IMG/VR virus record: IMGVR_UViG_3300014208_000024
Coordinates: 96,001-160,000 of that record
DNA length: 64,000 nucleotides
Source: a virus
Lineage: Duplodnaviria; Caudoviricetes
Reading direction: 5' to 3' (one strand)
This document shows, piece by piece, positions 47,301-56,522 of this stretch. The position numbers and the translations under genes were made by a program. Below the pieces are notes generated by a model. It was given only the letters and a program-made list of their open reading frames with translations. It was not told the DNA's origin and did no database searches. Position 1 is the stretch's first letter; every line of letters starts with the position of its first letter.

Positions 47301-47729
47301 AAAATCAACATTTAAAACATTCTTAAATAAATCTTGTAAAACTTGTTTAACCCTTTTGTTCTCTGAGTAAATTTCTAATATATTACCTTTTTCACTTCTC
47401 GTTAAAGCCTCATCTCTTATGATGTTGAGCGCCGCTGCTATCTCTGGGGTTCCGTCCATAGCTCTAAAATCTTGATATGCACTTATTCTATCAGTGTCAT
47501 AATAAACTGTTCTTGTATATAAATCATGAGCAATCTTTGTTACTTGCCAGTCTAAAAACTGTTGTTGCATACTTTCTACACCACCTTTTGGATCAAGAGA
47601 TGGCATTGTTTGAGTAACACTCATTCCTGCAGATTGTGGATCAATTGAGCTTTTTTTTCTTCTATTAGAATTAATAGCATCTAACACACCACCAAATATA
47701 CTTGTTCTCTTTTTTTTATCTTCTGCCAT
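44349..47729 (-). CDS. Portal protein (T4 gp20-like) containing an intein
   Basis: [55 protein letters not shown]...[23 protein letters not shown]. Confidence 0.93.
   Translation of the reverse strand: [1126 protein letters not shown]
45456..46748 (-). mobile_element. Intein (431 aa) with HNH endonuclease in the portal gene
   Basis: [10 protein letters not shown]...CTPDHNF (block B)...[15 protein letters not shown] (HNH)...YHNF...[10 protein letters not shown]; penultimate Lys. Confidence 0.9.
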
Positions 47730-47769
47730 TTGTTTTTTTTTAATAAATATAGTAATTTTTAATTTAAAA

Positions 47770-50586
47770 TCAAGCTTTTTTATTTGTTGGACTTAACAAC
47801 CAACTAACATCATCAAAATCATCTATTTCATTGTCTTTCTTATTGGAAAAATTATTGAAAAATATTCCTCCAGCATCTGGAGAATCTTTTGAATCTTTAA
47901 TTCCTGCTGGATTTGAATCGAAATCTTGTCCATCAATTGATTTACTTATGAAACCAATAGCATCAAGCATCCCTTTATACATTTCTTTTGTTGCAGCTGC
48001 ATTTTGATATTCTGTATCTCTAATAAACAATGCTATTGCCAAAGCAAATATTAAGTCATCGTTTTTTCCCTTCTCTGCTTCTGGCCTTTCTCCATTTTGA
48101 ATAAATGTTTTTAATTCACTCATTAAATGTTTTGAATAAATTTTTAAAGTACCCTCTCTCATATGAACTCTTAAATTGTTCACAACAAGCGGTCTTGTTC
48201 TTTTTGTTGTTTGGAACCCTGGAATTATTTCATTTTCTGCCACCTTATAATCATAAGGTCTAACATAAATTTCTTGAATATTTTTAGAATAATACATCCT
48301 TCCATAATCCATTTTTCTACTTAAATCAATTGCTGTTGCTAATCCAAAACTATTACATTCAACAACCAAATAAGCTTCTCCGTAATCCATCCCAACATTA
48401 TAAATTACATGAGCAAAAAGATCTGGTGCAACCTTAGCTCTATATTCTGCTACAACCTCCAAAGTGTCTATGTCAATTATTTGAATTGTAGAGTAGTCTG
48501 TACCGTCTCCACGGGCCACGTCAGCACCGACAATGTACTTGTGTCCTGGAATGTATTTTTTGAATATTTGAAAATTTGTTTCATAATTAACAAATCTTTC
48601 TCCTGGGCTATTTCTATAATCGTAATATGTTTTATTTTTTTCTAATAACCTATATTCTTCCAACAATAAACGCTTTTCATATTTGTTTACTAATTCATTT
48701 TCAATAGCCAAACGTTTTGACCCTTCAAAAGATAAATCAAGTTCTTGTGCAATTTTTACCCTATCATATTGCATCCTTTTACATTCACCTTCATACCAAG
48801 GACTCCAATATACTTTTTCTCCACTTTCATCTTCTCTCAATTCCATTCCCTCAGAAGAAAATGGATTTTGAGTCCAATGGACTTTTGTTGGAACAAAATC
48901 ATCATTGTTAAAATCTACTTCTTTTTTGTCTGCTTCAGTCCAAATATTGTGATACAAATTTGACGTACCATTTGGGGTTGAAACCATTATACATTTCCCT
49001 TGAGTTGCTGAAAGAGCAAGACCAGCTGCCATCCAAATTTTATCTGCATAATCAATAAATGCAGTTTCATCAAGAACCAATAAAGTTAAAGAATCTCCAC
49101 GACCAGCTTCGGGGCTACTTGCTTTAGCTTTTGCAAAAGATTTGTTTCCTAATTGGATTTCTTTTTGGTTATCAACCATTCTTGTTCCATTATTAGGCAA
49201 AAGCCATGCTGGTGTATAATCTATAAATTGTTTTACCGCAGATAAAAACCTAATTGCTCCACCTCCATCATTTGCAATAATTAATATTTTCTCATCTCTT
49301 CTGAAAATTAATCTCCAAGCAACATATCCAGCTGTAATTACAGAAAGCCCTGTGTTGTGAGTTAACAATCCGTTTATTAAAAAATTTTCATTTTTTTCAA
49401 CAGAAATATCAAAACATTTTTTTACTTCAGTCTTTTCTATTTTTTTAATTATGGAATTATTTTTTACATCATGTTTATAATTTTCACATATTTCATAATG
49501 TTCTTTTTTCGTTTTTTCAAATATTCCAATATCTTTAACAAATTTAATTGCACTTTTTGAATGTGTAATTCTTAGTTTGAAAAATTTGTTTTTTTGAAGT
49601 TTCATGTTTTTGACTTCATATATATTACACTTAATTTCAAACTTTTTTAATAATAATTTAATTTGTTCAAGAAAATGAATACTTGGAGACGCAATGCCAA
49701 TTTCTAGTCTTTTACTTTTTTTCTTTTTATGAATGCTAATCCATCCATCGCCAGCAAACATTCTGTTTATCAAAAGTGAAACACTTTGTTTGTCCCAGTT
49801 GAAAACTTCTTTTGGTAAAATTTTTCCTTCTGTTTTTTTATTTCCTATATTCATCTTTTTGCACCATTTCATCAAAGAGTTTTCTGTACTTGCTCCGTGT
49901 TTTTGATGTGGATAATAATCAAACCCTTTAAGTTTCTTTGATTTTCTTATTTCTAAATCTGGAAATATTTTATTTACGCTTTCTTCAAATTCTTTTAAAT
50001 ATTCTAAATTATTATTTGTAAATTTAACTTGATTAATTGTACAACCATCTGTAATCAAATAAGATAAAATTTTAATTTCATCTTTATTAACACATTGATC
50101 ACCAAAACCTAAGTTAACATCTAAAATTTCATCTCCACGTTGTAAATCTATGGCTTTAACCCATCCTTTGTTTTTTACAAAAAATGGATGATTTTCACCA
50201 ACTTCAAAATTTCTTGTATCTTGTAATTTAAACTTAACACACTGTCTATCTCCACTACACCAAGAATCTTTAATATAATCGATTTCTAATTTTTCCGTTT
50301 CTAAATTAAACGAATATAATTCATCTCCAATTTTAAAATTTTCAATTAATTTTGGACCACTAGGTGTATCAACAAATGTTCCTTCTGGAAGACATTGGCG
50401 ACTTTTTAAAACAACATTATTTCTATATTTATGAAATTTGTAAACACATTCTTCTTGATATTCAAAACATGTCATTTTTTGCACACGCTGTTTTCGTGCA
50501 TCAAAAACATATCCATAGTTATTTAAATAATAAACTGGATTTGTAGCACACTTTATAAATTCATCTTGACGTTCTTGTAAACTCAT
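47770..50586 (-). CDS. terL: Terminase large subunit (T4 gp17-like) containing an intein
   Basis: LKSRQ|TGLS Walker A split by the intein; LLVLDETAFI; STPNG; GADVARGDGTDYS; VVECNSFG; DDLIFA. Confidence 0.95.
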   Translation of the reverse strand: MSLQERQDEFIKCATNPVYYLNNYGYVFDARKQRVQKMTCFEYQEECVYKFHKYRNNVVLKSRQCLPEGTFVDTPSGPKLIENFKIGDELYSFNLETEKLEIDYIKDSWCSGDRQCVKFKLQDTRNFEVGENHPFFVKNKGWVKAIDLQRGDEILDVNLGFGDQCVNKDEIKILSYLITDGCTINQVKFTNNNLEYLKEFEESVNKIFPDLEIRKSKKLKGFDYYPHQKHGASTENSLMKWCKKMNIGNKKTEGKILPKEVFNWDKQSVSLLINRMFAGDGWISIHKKKKSKRLEIGIASPSIHFLEQIKLLLKKFEIKCNIYEVKNMKLQKNKFFKLRITHSKSAIKFVKDIGIFEKTKKEHYEICENYKHDVKNNSIIKKIEKTEVKKCFDISVEKNENFLINGLLTHNTGLSVITAGYVAWRLIFRRDEKILIIANDGGGAIRFLSAVKQFIDYTPAWLLPNNGTRMVDNQKEIQLGNKSFAKAKASSPEAGRGDSLTLLVLDETAFIDYADKIWMAAGLALSATQGKCIMVSTPNGTSNLYHNIWTEADKKEVDFNNDDFVPTKVHWTQNPFSSEGMELREDESGEKVYWSPWYEGECKRMQYDRVKIAQELDLSFEGSKRLAIENELVNKYEKRLLLEEYRLLEKNKTYYDYRNSPGERFVNYETNFQIFKKYIPGHKYIVGADVARGDGTDYSTIQIIDIDTLEVVAEYRAKVAPDLFAHVIYNVGMDYGEAYLVVECNSFGLATAIDLSRKMDYGRMYYSKNIQEIYVRPYDYKVAENEIIPGFQTTKRTRPLVVNNLRVHMREGTLKIYSKHLMSELKTFIQNGERPEAEKGKNDDLIFALAIALFIRDTEYQNAAATKEMYKGMLDAIGFISKSIDGQDFDSNPAGIKDSKDSPDAGGIFFNNFSNKKDNEIDDFDDVSWLLSPTNKKA
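49354..50394 (-). mobile_element. Intein (347 aa) with LAGLIDADG endonuclease in terL
   Basis: SRQ|CLPEGT...ENHPF...LSYLITDG...RMFAGDG...FDISV..NENF..NGLLTHN|TGL. Confidence 0.92.
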
Positions 50587-50652
50587 TATGTTTTCTGTAT
50601 AAATAGATCAAAAAAACACAATATGCTAATAATTAAGCTTTAAACAGTTTTT

Positions 50653-50955
50653 TTAAAGACCTACATATACAGTTGCTATTTCTTCGCTATCTGGAACCAC
50701 CAAATAAACATCGGATGTGTAAATTAGATCAGTTGTTTCATTTTTTGAATATAACTGATAACTTCCAATTGAAGATGCGGACCAGGTTACAGAAAAAATA
50801 GCATTTGTAGCATCGGTTAATGTTGCAGTTAATGAAGAATAGGAAACTCCATCTTTATACAAAATGTTATTTAATATTGCCGAAGAAACTGGCCTATTGT
50901 TTATGTCTACAGACACAATTGTTTCAAAAACTGTTTGTCCTGTTCTTATTTTCAT
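50653..50955 (-). CDS. Small beta-rich putative virion protein
   Basis: Ig-like alternating pattern; located in the structural block. Confidence 0.55.
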   Translation of the reverse strand: MKIRTGQTVFETIVSVDINNRPVSSAILNNILYKDGVSYSSLTATLTDATNAIFSVTWSASSIGSYQLYSKNETTDLIYTSDVYLVVPDSEEIATVYVGL

Positions 50956-51015
50956 AATATATTATTCTTATTTTAAATAAATATGTCACGAAAATAATGC
51001 TAATGAAAAATGTTT

Positions 51016-51381
51016 TTAACAATTTTCTGCATCTGCCCACCAATTGGATTCCTTCATTACATCCTCATATATTGGCACTTCTATGATTTCACCATTAAAT
51101 CCTTCTTTTTCTTCAGTTCCAGTTTGAACTTTTTCTCCAGTTGGAACCATTTTACTCTCTTTAATTTTTCCATATAACTCACTGATTGAGTAATTAATTC
51201 CATCTATTGTTATATATTCATATATTACAAAGTTATTAACAGAAGCATCTCTTGATGCTTTATTAAAATATTTAGCTATCCCAATTACAGTTTGATTCTG
51301 TTTTTTAATTGATTGATGATTTTCAATGATGTGGTATTCAATTGGAATACCATTCCATAATGTTGATTTTTTAAGTGCCAT
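51016..51381 (-). CDS. Hypothetical protein, possibly fibre-associated
   Basis: Downstream of the fibre and LamG genes. Confidence 0.55.
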   Translation of the reverse strand: MALKKSTLWNGIPIEYHIIENHQSIKKQNQTVIGIAKYFNKASRDASVNNFVIYEYITIDGINYSISELYGKIKESKMVPTGEKVQTGTEEKEGFNGEIIEVPIYEDVMKESNWWADAENC

Positions 51382-51394
51382 TTTGTTTATTTTA

Positions 51395-52081
51395 TTAATT
51401 TGTTAAAATTTTATTGCTGAAATCATATATACTTATATTTGCAGTTGATGTTCCTTGTAATCCTCCAACAATATCTTTGCTTATATTGGCAGAATCTTGT
51501 AACGGAAAATGATATAATAATTGTGATGTGTTGGGAGAATTATAAAATTTCATATTTCTTAAATATCCAGTCATTGCATCTTGAATGTTTCCTCCGATGT
51601 AAGGGTTAAATGCACTTGAACCAGTTCCAAAAGAACCAGTATAATATTCTGATGAACCAGCAGCGTTTGTCGGAATTAAAACATTATCCTTATAAACCCA
51701 AATTCTCACTCCATTACTAATTATTTTAAGTTTAAATTTGACTCCAAAAGAAAAAAAATTAGTTCTATTATAATTCATTATAAGTGAGCTGCCGTTTCCA
51801 ATCAACACAAGAAAATCTGTTTGTGAATTTCCCCATTGGTTATAAACAATTATTCCTTGCCCACTACCACCCCCAATTAATCTATTAGCAAATATTAAAT
51901 TATAGTGTGTAAAATTTGAAATAATAACATCACATTCAAAAGCAAAAACTCCAGTCTGATGAATATAATTGAAATTTGATGCCGCTCCAACATTTGGGAT
52001 AGATACTCCCCCCTTAAAATACGCCCACTTATCATTCGACTTTAACACTACATTGTTTAAATTTTTAAGTATATTTGACAT
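51395..52081 (-). CDS. Concanavalin A/LamG-like lectin domain virion protein
   Basis: FAFECDV, IWVYKDNVL, YIGG...GYLRNMKFYN. Confidence 0.65.
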   Translation of the reverse strand: MSNILKNLNNVVLKSNDKWAYFKGGVSIPNVGAASNFNYIHQTGVFAFECDVIISNFTHYNLIFANRLIGGGSGQGIIVYNQWGNSQTDFLVLIGNGSSLIMNYNRTNFFSFGVKFKLKIISNGVRIWVYKDNVLIPTNAAGSSEYYTGSFGTGSSAFNPYIGGNIQDAMTGYLRNMKFYNSPNTSQLLYHFPLQDSANISKDIVGGLQGTSTANISIYDFSNKILTN

Positions 52082-52086
52082 ATATG

Positions 52087-55002
52087 TTAGATTATAAAGT
52101 AATTAGATAAATTAGAAACCAAATAAACAGTATCCCATTGATTTAAAGTTTGTGAAGAAACCCCATCGATAGTTGCAGTTCCTGCTGTTAAAGTTACAAT
52201 TCCAGCACCAATATTTTTGATAATAATTTTTGTACCATAATAATCTGTTAAGGCTGAGGGGGAAACCAACGTAATTGTTGTTGCTCCTGTTGAATTAACA
52301 AATACTAATTCATCTTTTACATCAAGAGTTGTTGCAGTTGTGTAAGTTGATAAACCATTTCTTGATTTATTATATCTAGTTAAATTACCACTTTGATATA
52401 AATATCTGTAATCAGTTCCAACATACTCCTGTCCGTCAATCATACCCGTTGTTGACCCTGTATAAGAACCTAAGTTCCAATTGTTAGAATTCGTTATTGC
52501 AGTTATTGTAGAAGCAGTTGTTATAAAGCTTTCTGACGTTGTTAAATAATTCTGTAATAAACTAGTTCCAGATGTTGTAATTATACGCTCAGATGCAGCA
52601 GAAAGAGTAACAGCACTAATGTTACCAGTTATGTTGGTTGTTCCAGATACATCTAAAGAAGCTTGGGGAGTTGCAGTGTTTATACCGATTCTAGAATTCG
52701 TTGTATCAACATTCATTATAATGGTGGAAGCATCTAATTTTGTGAATTTAAATGCAGATATATTATCACTTGTCGGATATATTGTTGTGGTTGGATAATA
52801 CTGAACATTTCCACTAAGAGTTATTCCACTATTAACTGTTACATTACCGATAAAAGTTGTATTACCATTATCCAATATTGTTACGGTTGGCGTACCAGAT
52901 GAATTTGCTGTTTGAAACGTTACTCCCGTTGTAAGTCCATTTCCGTAAATGTCTAACGTGGCAGAAGGTGTAAGAGTGTTTATACCTATTGAAGTTCCAC
53001 TTTGGTAAATAATACTATTAGTTACTGAACTAACACTATTAAATACTGGAACATAATTGGTTGTTCCAGAAACATTTGAAGTATAGGCTGCCGTTGACAA
53101 ATAAGAATTGTGAACGTGCAATAAATCAGCATTAGACCCATTTGTTAATGCAGTCATTGATACACTATTTTGTACATAAGACGTAGCACTCACTCCGCCA
53201 TTTATCAATAATAATGAACCATTAAATGTTAAATTTGCGTTAGTATCAAATTTATAATCAATCGGATTCCAATAAGATATTCCACCATTTACTGGGCTAT
53301 CTTGTCTTGTTGCCACAGGTTGTGTAGCGCCAGCTTCACCAACCCTAAACGTTTGTGATGATTCTTCAAATATAAATTCGTAATTAGGATAAGTGCCTCT
53401 ATCTACTATAATTCCAGCATATCCAGCTGTTATTCCAGAGCCAACTTCCCCATTATTAATGGTAATAGTGTTGGCTGAAACATTAAATGCTTCAACATTT
53501 GCAGTATGAGCAGTTCCAATGACAAAAAAATCTCCATTAACGGTTAAATTACCAAGTATCGTATCACCAGTTACATTAATAAATCTATCATCTAATTCTT
53601 CATTTTTATAAATTATTGAGTTTGATGTAATGGATTGTAGTATTGAACTTCCTGTAACGCTCAAATTGTTTAATGTAGCTGCAGATATACTCACGGTTGG
53701 TAAATCAACAGTTCCACCAGTGTATGTATTTAATCCATTTTGAATATAAGTTTTATTTAAATCTGAACCTATTGTTTGAAAAATGTCATATAAATTTGTT
53801 TGTCCAGAAATTATTGTATCAGCGGAAAAAATATTTATATAAGCTTCTCTATTTGCATTAAAATTATTAACATATACAGTATATTGGCTAGTTGCAGTTA
53901 TACCACTACCAGCTATTATTACTGAACTACTTGCAGATGCTATATTATATAATCCACCCAATATATATGAATTACTACCAATTGATTTGTTATATCCACC
54001 AGAAACAAACGAATTCATTCCAGTTGCTGTTGAATAATATCCTTCGGCATGACTATATTCTCCAATTGCTATTGTATTATTTCCTTCAGCATGACTATTA
54101 ACTCCAAATGCTATTGTATTATTTCCTTCGGCATGACTATTATCTCCAATTGTAGTTGTTAGACTCCCTTCGGCGTGACTTGCTTGACCAGATGAAATGT
54201 TTCCACTTCCTTCGACGTGTGACGAATTTCCAATTGCGATATTACTATTTCCTTCAGCATGACTGTCAGTTCCAATACTGGTATTTGCACCACCCTCCGC
54301 ATGACTATTTAACCCCCAAGATTCACTTGTTGATCCTTCTGCATGACTATTAGCTCCAATTGATAGAGTTAAATATCCTTCGGTGTGAGAATAATCTCCC
54401 AATGTTGTTGTTTCTCTACCTTCACTGTGACTGGCATAACCACTAGATATATTAGATTTTCCTTCTGCATGACTATCATCGCTGAAAGCTGTTGTTAAAT
54501 ATCCTTCACTATGTGAATCATTTCCAATGGATGTTGTTTCAGCACCCTCCGCATGACTTGATTCTCCACTTGCAATTGTTGCGTAACCATGAACCAAAGA
54601 ATAATTTCCTACAGCATCTAATCCAGTACTATTAATTGCCTTTATAGAAGATATTCCACTTGACCCAGACATCCAATTTTTTTGATTTGAAATTGAAGTA
54701 ACAAATATATCTAACAAATTTGTTGATCCAGAAATAAATGTTGCTGCAGATAAAGTTTGAAAAGAACTTGTTCCAGTTACAATAAAATTTCCATTAACTG
54801 TCCCCCCTGTTAATCCCAGGTAGGAATTTGAACCAAATTCAAATACATTTGACCCATCAAAAGAGTAGAGCTTTTTATCTGCTGTATTAACAGCTAATTC
54901 TCCTTGTTTAATAAAATTACTTTCATCCCCAGTTGTTCCAGTAGGAATTCTTCCAGAAACAGCCGTTCTTTTGGGTAAAAGTCTTGCGTTTTTTGTTGTC
55001 AT
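52087..55002 (-). CDS. Tail fibre / receptor-binding protein with YadA-like beta-roll repeats
   Basis: N-terminal GELAVNTADKKLY fibre motif; 13 x SH(A/S/T/V)EG repeats; T/S/G/N-rich shaft. Confidence 0.85.
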   Translation of the reverse strand: MTTKNARLLPKRTAVSGRIPTGTTGDESNFIKQGELAVNTADKKLYSFDGSNVFEFGSNSYLGLTGGTVNGNFIVTGTSSFQTLSAATFISGSTNLLDIFVTSISNQKNWMSGSSGISSIKAINSTGLDAVGNYSLVHGYATIASGESSHAEGAETTSIGNDSHSEGYLTTAFSDDSHAEGKSNISSGYASHSEGRETTTLGDYSHTEGYLTLSIGANSHAEGSTSESWGLNSHAEGGANTSIGTDSHAEGNSNIAIGNSSHVEGSGNISSGQASHAEGSLTTTIGDNSHAEGNNTIAFGVNSHAEGNNTIAIGEYSHAEGYYSTATGMNSFVSGGYNKSIGSNSYILGGLYNIASASSSVIIAGSGITATSQYTVYVNNFNANREAYINIFSADTIISGQTNLYDIFQTIGSDLNKTYIQNGLNTYTGGTVDLPTVSISAATLNNLSVTGSSILQSITSNSIIYKNEELDDRFINVTGDTILGNLTVNGDFFVIGTAHTANVEAFNVSANTITINNGEVGSGITAGYAGIIVDRGTYPNYEFIFEESSQTFRVGEAGATQPVATRQDSPVNGGISYWNPIDYKFDTNANLTFNGSLLLINGGVSATSYVQNSVSMTALTNGSNADLLHVHNSYLSTAAYTSNVSGTTNYVPVFNSVSSVTNSIIYQSGTSIGINTLTPSATLDIYGNGLTTGVTFQTANSSGTPTVTILDNGNTTFIGNVTVNSGITLSGNVQYYPTTTIYPTSDNISAFKFTKLDASTIIMNVDTTNSRIGINTATPQASLDVSGTTNITGNISAVTLSAASERIITTSGTSLLQNYLTTSESFITTASTITAITNSNNWNLGSYTGSTTGMIDGQEYVGTDYRYLYQSGNLTRYNKSRNGLSTYTTATTLDVKDELVFVNSTGATTITLVSPSALTDYYGTKIIIKNIGAGIVTLTAGTATIDGVSSQTLNQWDTVYLVSNLSNYFII
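54013..54558 (-). repeat. 13 tandem 42-nt (14-aa) SHAEG coding repeats
   Basis: SHAEGAETTSIGND, SHSEGYLTTAFSDD ... SHAEGYYSTATGMN. Confidence 0.9.
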
Positions 55003-55167
55003 AATATGCCGAAATTATATAATTTCTCAAAAAAAAATAATAAGCTATATAGCTCTGAAAATAAATAGTGAAAATTAAGTTTAATTTAATTTTTATAAGT
55101 TTTTTTAAATAAATGTGGAAAAAATTTTTTTCAATATTTATAAAAAACATTTAAATAAAATTATATT

Positions 55168-55656
55168 ATGGCTGATATGTTTAGACCAGTTCCCGTTGAA
55201 CAGGAACCAAAAAGAAAAAACAGATTCGTTCTTGAGTTTCCAACTGAGTTGGGAATTGAATCTTATTTAGTTCAAACTTCAGGAAAACCTTCATTAGAGA
55301 TTGGAAGTACTGAAATACCATATATGAATACCTCAACATTTGTAAGTGGTCGTTATAAATGGAGCACTATGGATGTAGAATTCATTGATGTAATTGGTCC
55401 TTCCACAACTCAAAAGGTAATGGAATGGGTTAGGTTGCACGCTGAAAGCGCAACTGGTAGGATGGGTTATGCAATTGGTTACAAGAAAAATCTTGTTCTA
55501 AAAGCTTTAGACCCAACTGGAGTTGAAGTTGAAAAATGGACTTTAATTGGATGTCTTATCACAAACGCTTCTTTTGATGACTATGATTACAGTGCTGATG
55601 ATGTTGCAAAAGTAAAAATCACCATCCAGCCAGACAGATGTCTGTTGAATGCTTAA
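55168..55656 (+). CDS. Tail tube protein (T4 gp19-like)
   Basis: EPKRKNRFVLEF, KPSLEIG...IPYMN...GRYKW, QKVMEW, LDPTGVEVEKWTL.GC. Confidence 0.9.
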   Translation: MADMFRPVPVEQEPKRKNRFVLEFPTELGIESYLVQTSGKPSLEIGSTEIPYMNTSTFVSGRYKWSTMDVEFIDVIGPSTTQKVMEWVRLHAESATGRMGYAIGYKKNLVLKALDPTGVEVEKWTLIGCLITNASFDDYDYSADDVAKVKITIQPDRCLLNA

Positions 55657-55672
55657 TTTTTATTTTTTAATA

Positions 55673-55704
55673 AAACTCTGAAGTTTTTATTTCAGAGTTT
55701 ATTT
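55673..55704 (+). terminator. Hairpin/terminator after the tail tube gene
   Basis: AAACTCTGAA-N8-TTCAGAGTTT. Confidence 0.65.
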
Positions 55705-55715
55705 AATTTATCATT

Positions 55716-56102
55716 ATGGCTGTAATTAGACTGTATAGAAAAATTTATAAAATAAACTCTAGTAAAGCTAGTGATTTATATAGTCTAATTAATCCATTTT
55801 CAATAACTGCAAACACTTACTTAAAAGACACATCAACTATTGTTGAAACAAATACAGTGGTCACAAAAGAATCTGATGGAGTTTATTTTACTGATTTAAA
55901 CCCGATATTTTATTCTTATGATAATGTATATGATTTAAAGTGGACAGTTCAATATTTAGAAAACAAACCTATAAAAATACTTACAACATCATTTAAACTA
56001 AATCCAATAAATATTTCTGGTGAAATTACTACAGAAATTGAAAATCAAGAAATACAATGTGAAATTAATGATGTACAAACAATAGAAGTTATAATTTTAT
56101 AA
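55716..56102 (+). CDS. Putative virion structural protein
   Basis: Beta-rich; co-oriented between the tube and BppU-like genes. Confidence 0.55.
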   Translation: MAVIRLYRKIYKINSSKASDLYSLINPFSITANTYLKDTSTIVETNTVVTKESDGVYFTDLNPIFYSYDNVYDLKWTVQYLENKPIKILTTSFKLNPINISGEITTEIENQEIQCEINDVQTIEVIIL

Positions 56103-56103
56103 A

Positions 56104-56463
56104 ATGAGTACTGCAACATCAATATTTAAAATAAAAAGAAACGATACTTTACCAGTGTTACAAGTAAGCATTGGTACAAGAGGAAGTTTGGGACAGAAAA
56201 TAGGCTATGATCTTTCTGGTGTTACAGGAGTTACTTTTACAATGGTTGATGATTGTTCAAATTCTAAAATATATGCACAAACTGCTCAAATCATTTGTAC
56301 TTCAGGTGGAACAATTCAATATTCATGGCAAGATGGAGATACTGATACAGAAGGAAATTTTTATGGAGAATTTGAATTAAGATATAATACAGGCCAAAGA
56401 CTTTCAATTCCAACACAAGGTGGAATAAAAATAGAAATATCAAAAGATATTGATCCTTTTTAA
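56104..56463 (+). CDS. BppU N-terminal-like (Ig-fold) baseplate/fibre attachment protein
   Basis: FKIKRNDTLP...IQYSWQDGDTDTEGNFYGEFEL. Confidence 0.7.
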   Translation: MSTATSIFKIKRNDTLPVLQVSIGTRGSLGQKIGYDLSGVTGVTFTMVDDCSNSKIYAQTAQIICTSGGTIQYSWQDGDTDTEGNFYGEFELRYNTGQRLSIPTQGGIKIEISKDIDPF

Positions 56464-56482
56464 TATTATAACAAAAATAGAC

Positions 56483-56520
56483 AAATAATCCTCCTTAGAA
56501 ATTTGGAGGATTTTTTATTT
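56483..56520. terminator. Bidirectional terminator between convergent genes
   Basis: AATCCTCC-N10-GGAGGATT with T-run on + and A-rich 5' flank. Confidence 0.8.
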
Positions 56521-56522
56521 CT

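Noticed and set aside
54923-55150. 75-aa minus-strand ORF upstream of the fibre gene
   Set aside because: Spans the AT-rich divergent promoter region and overlaps the fibre start out of frame; the composition looks non-coding
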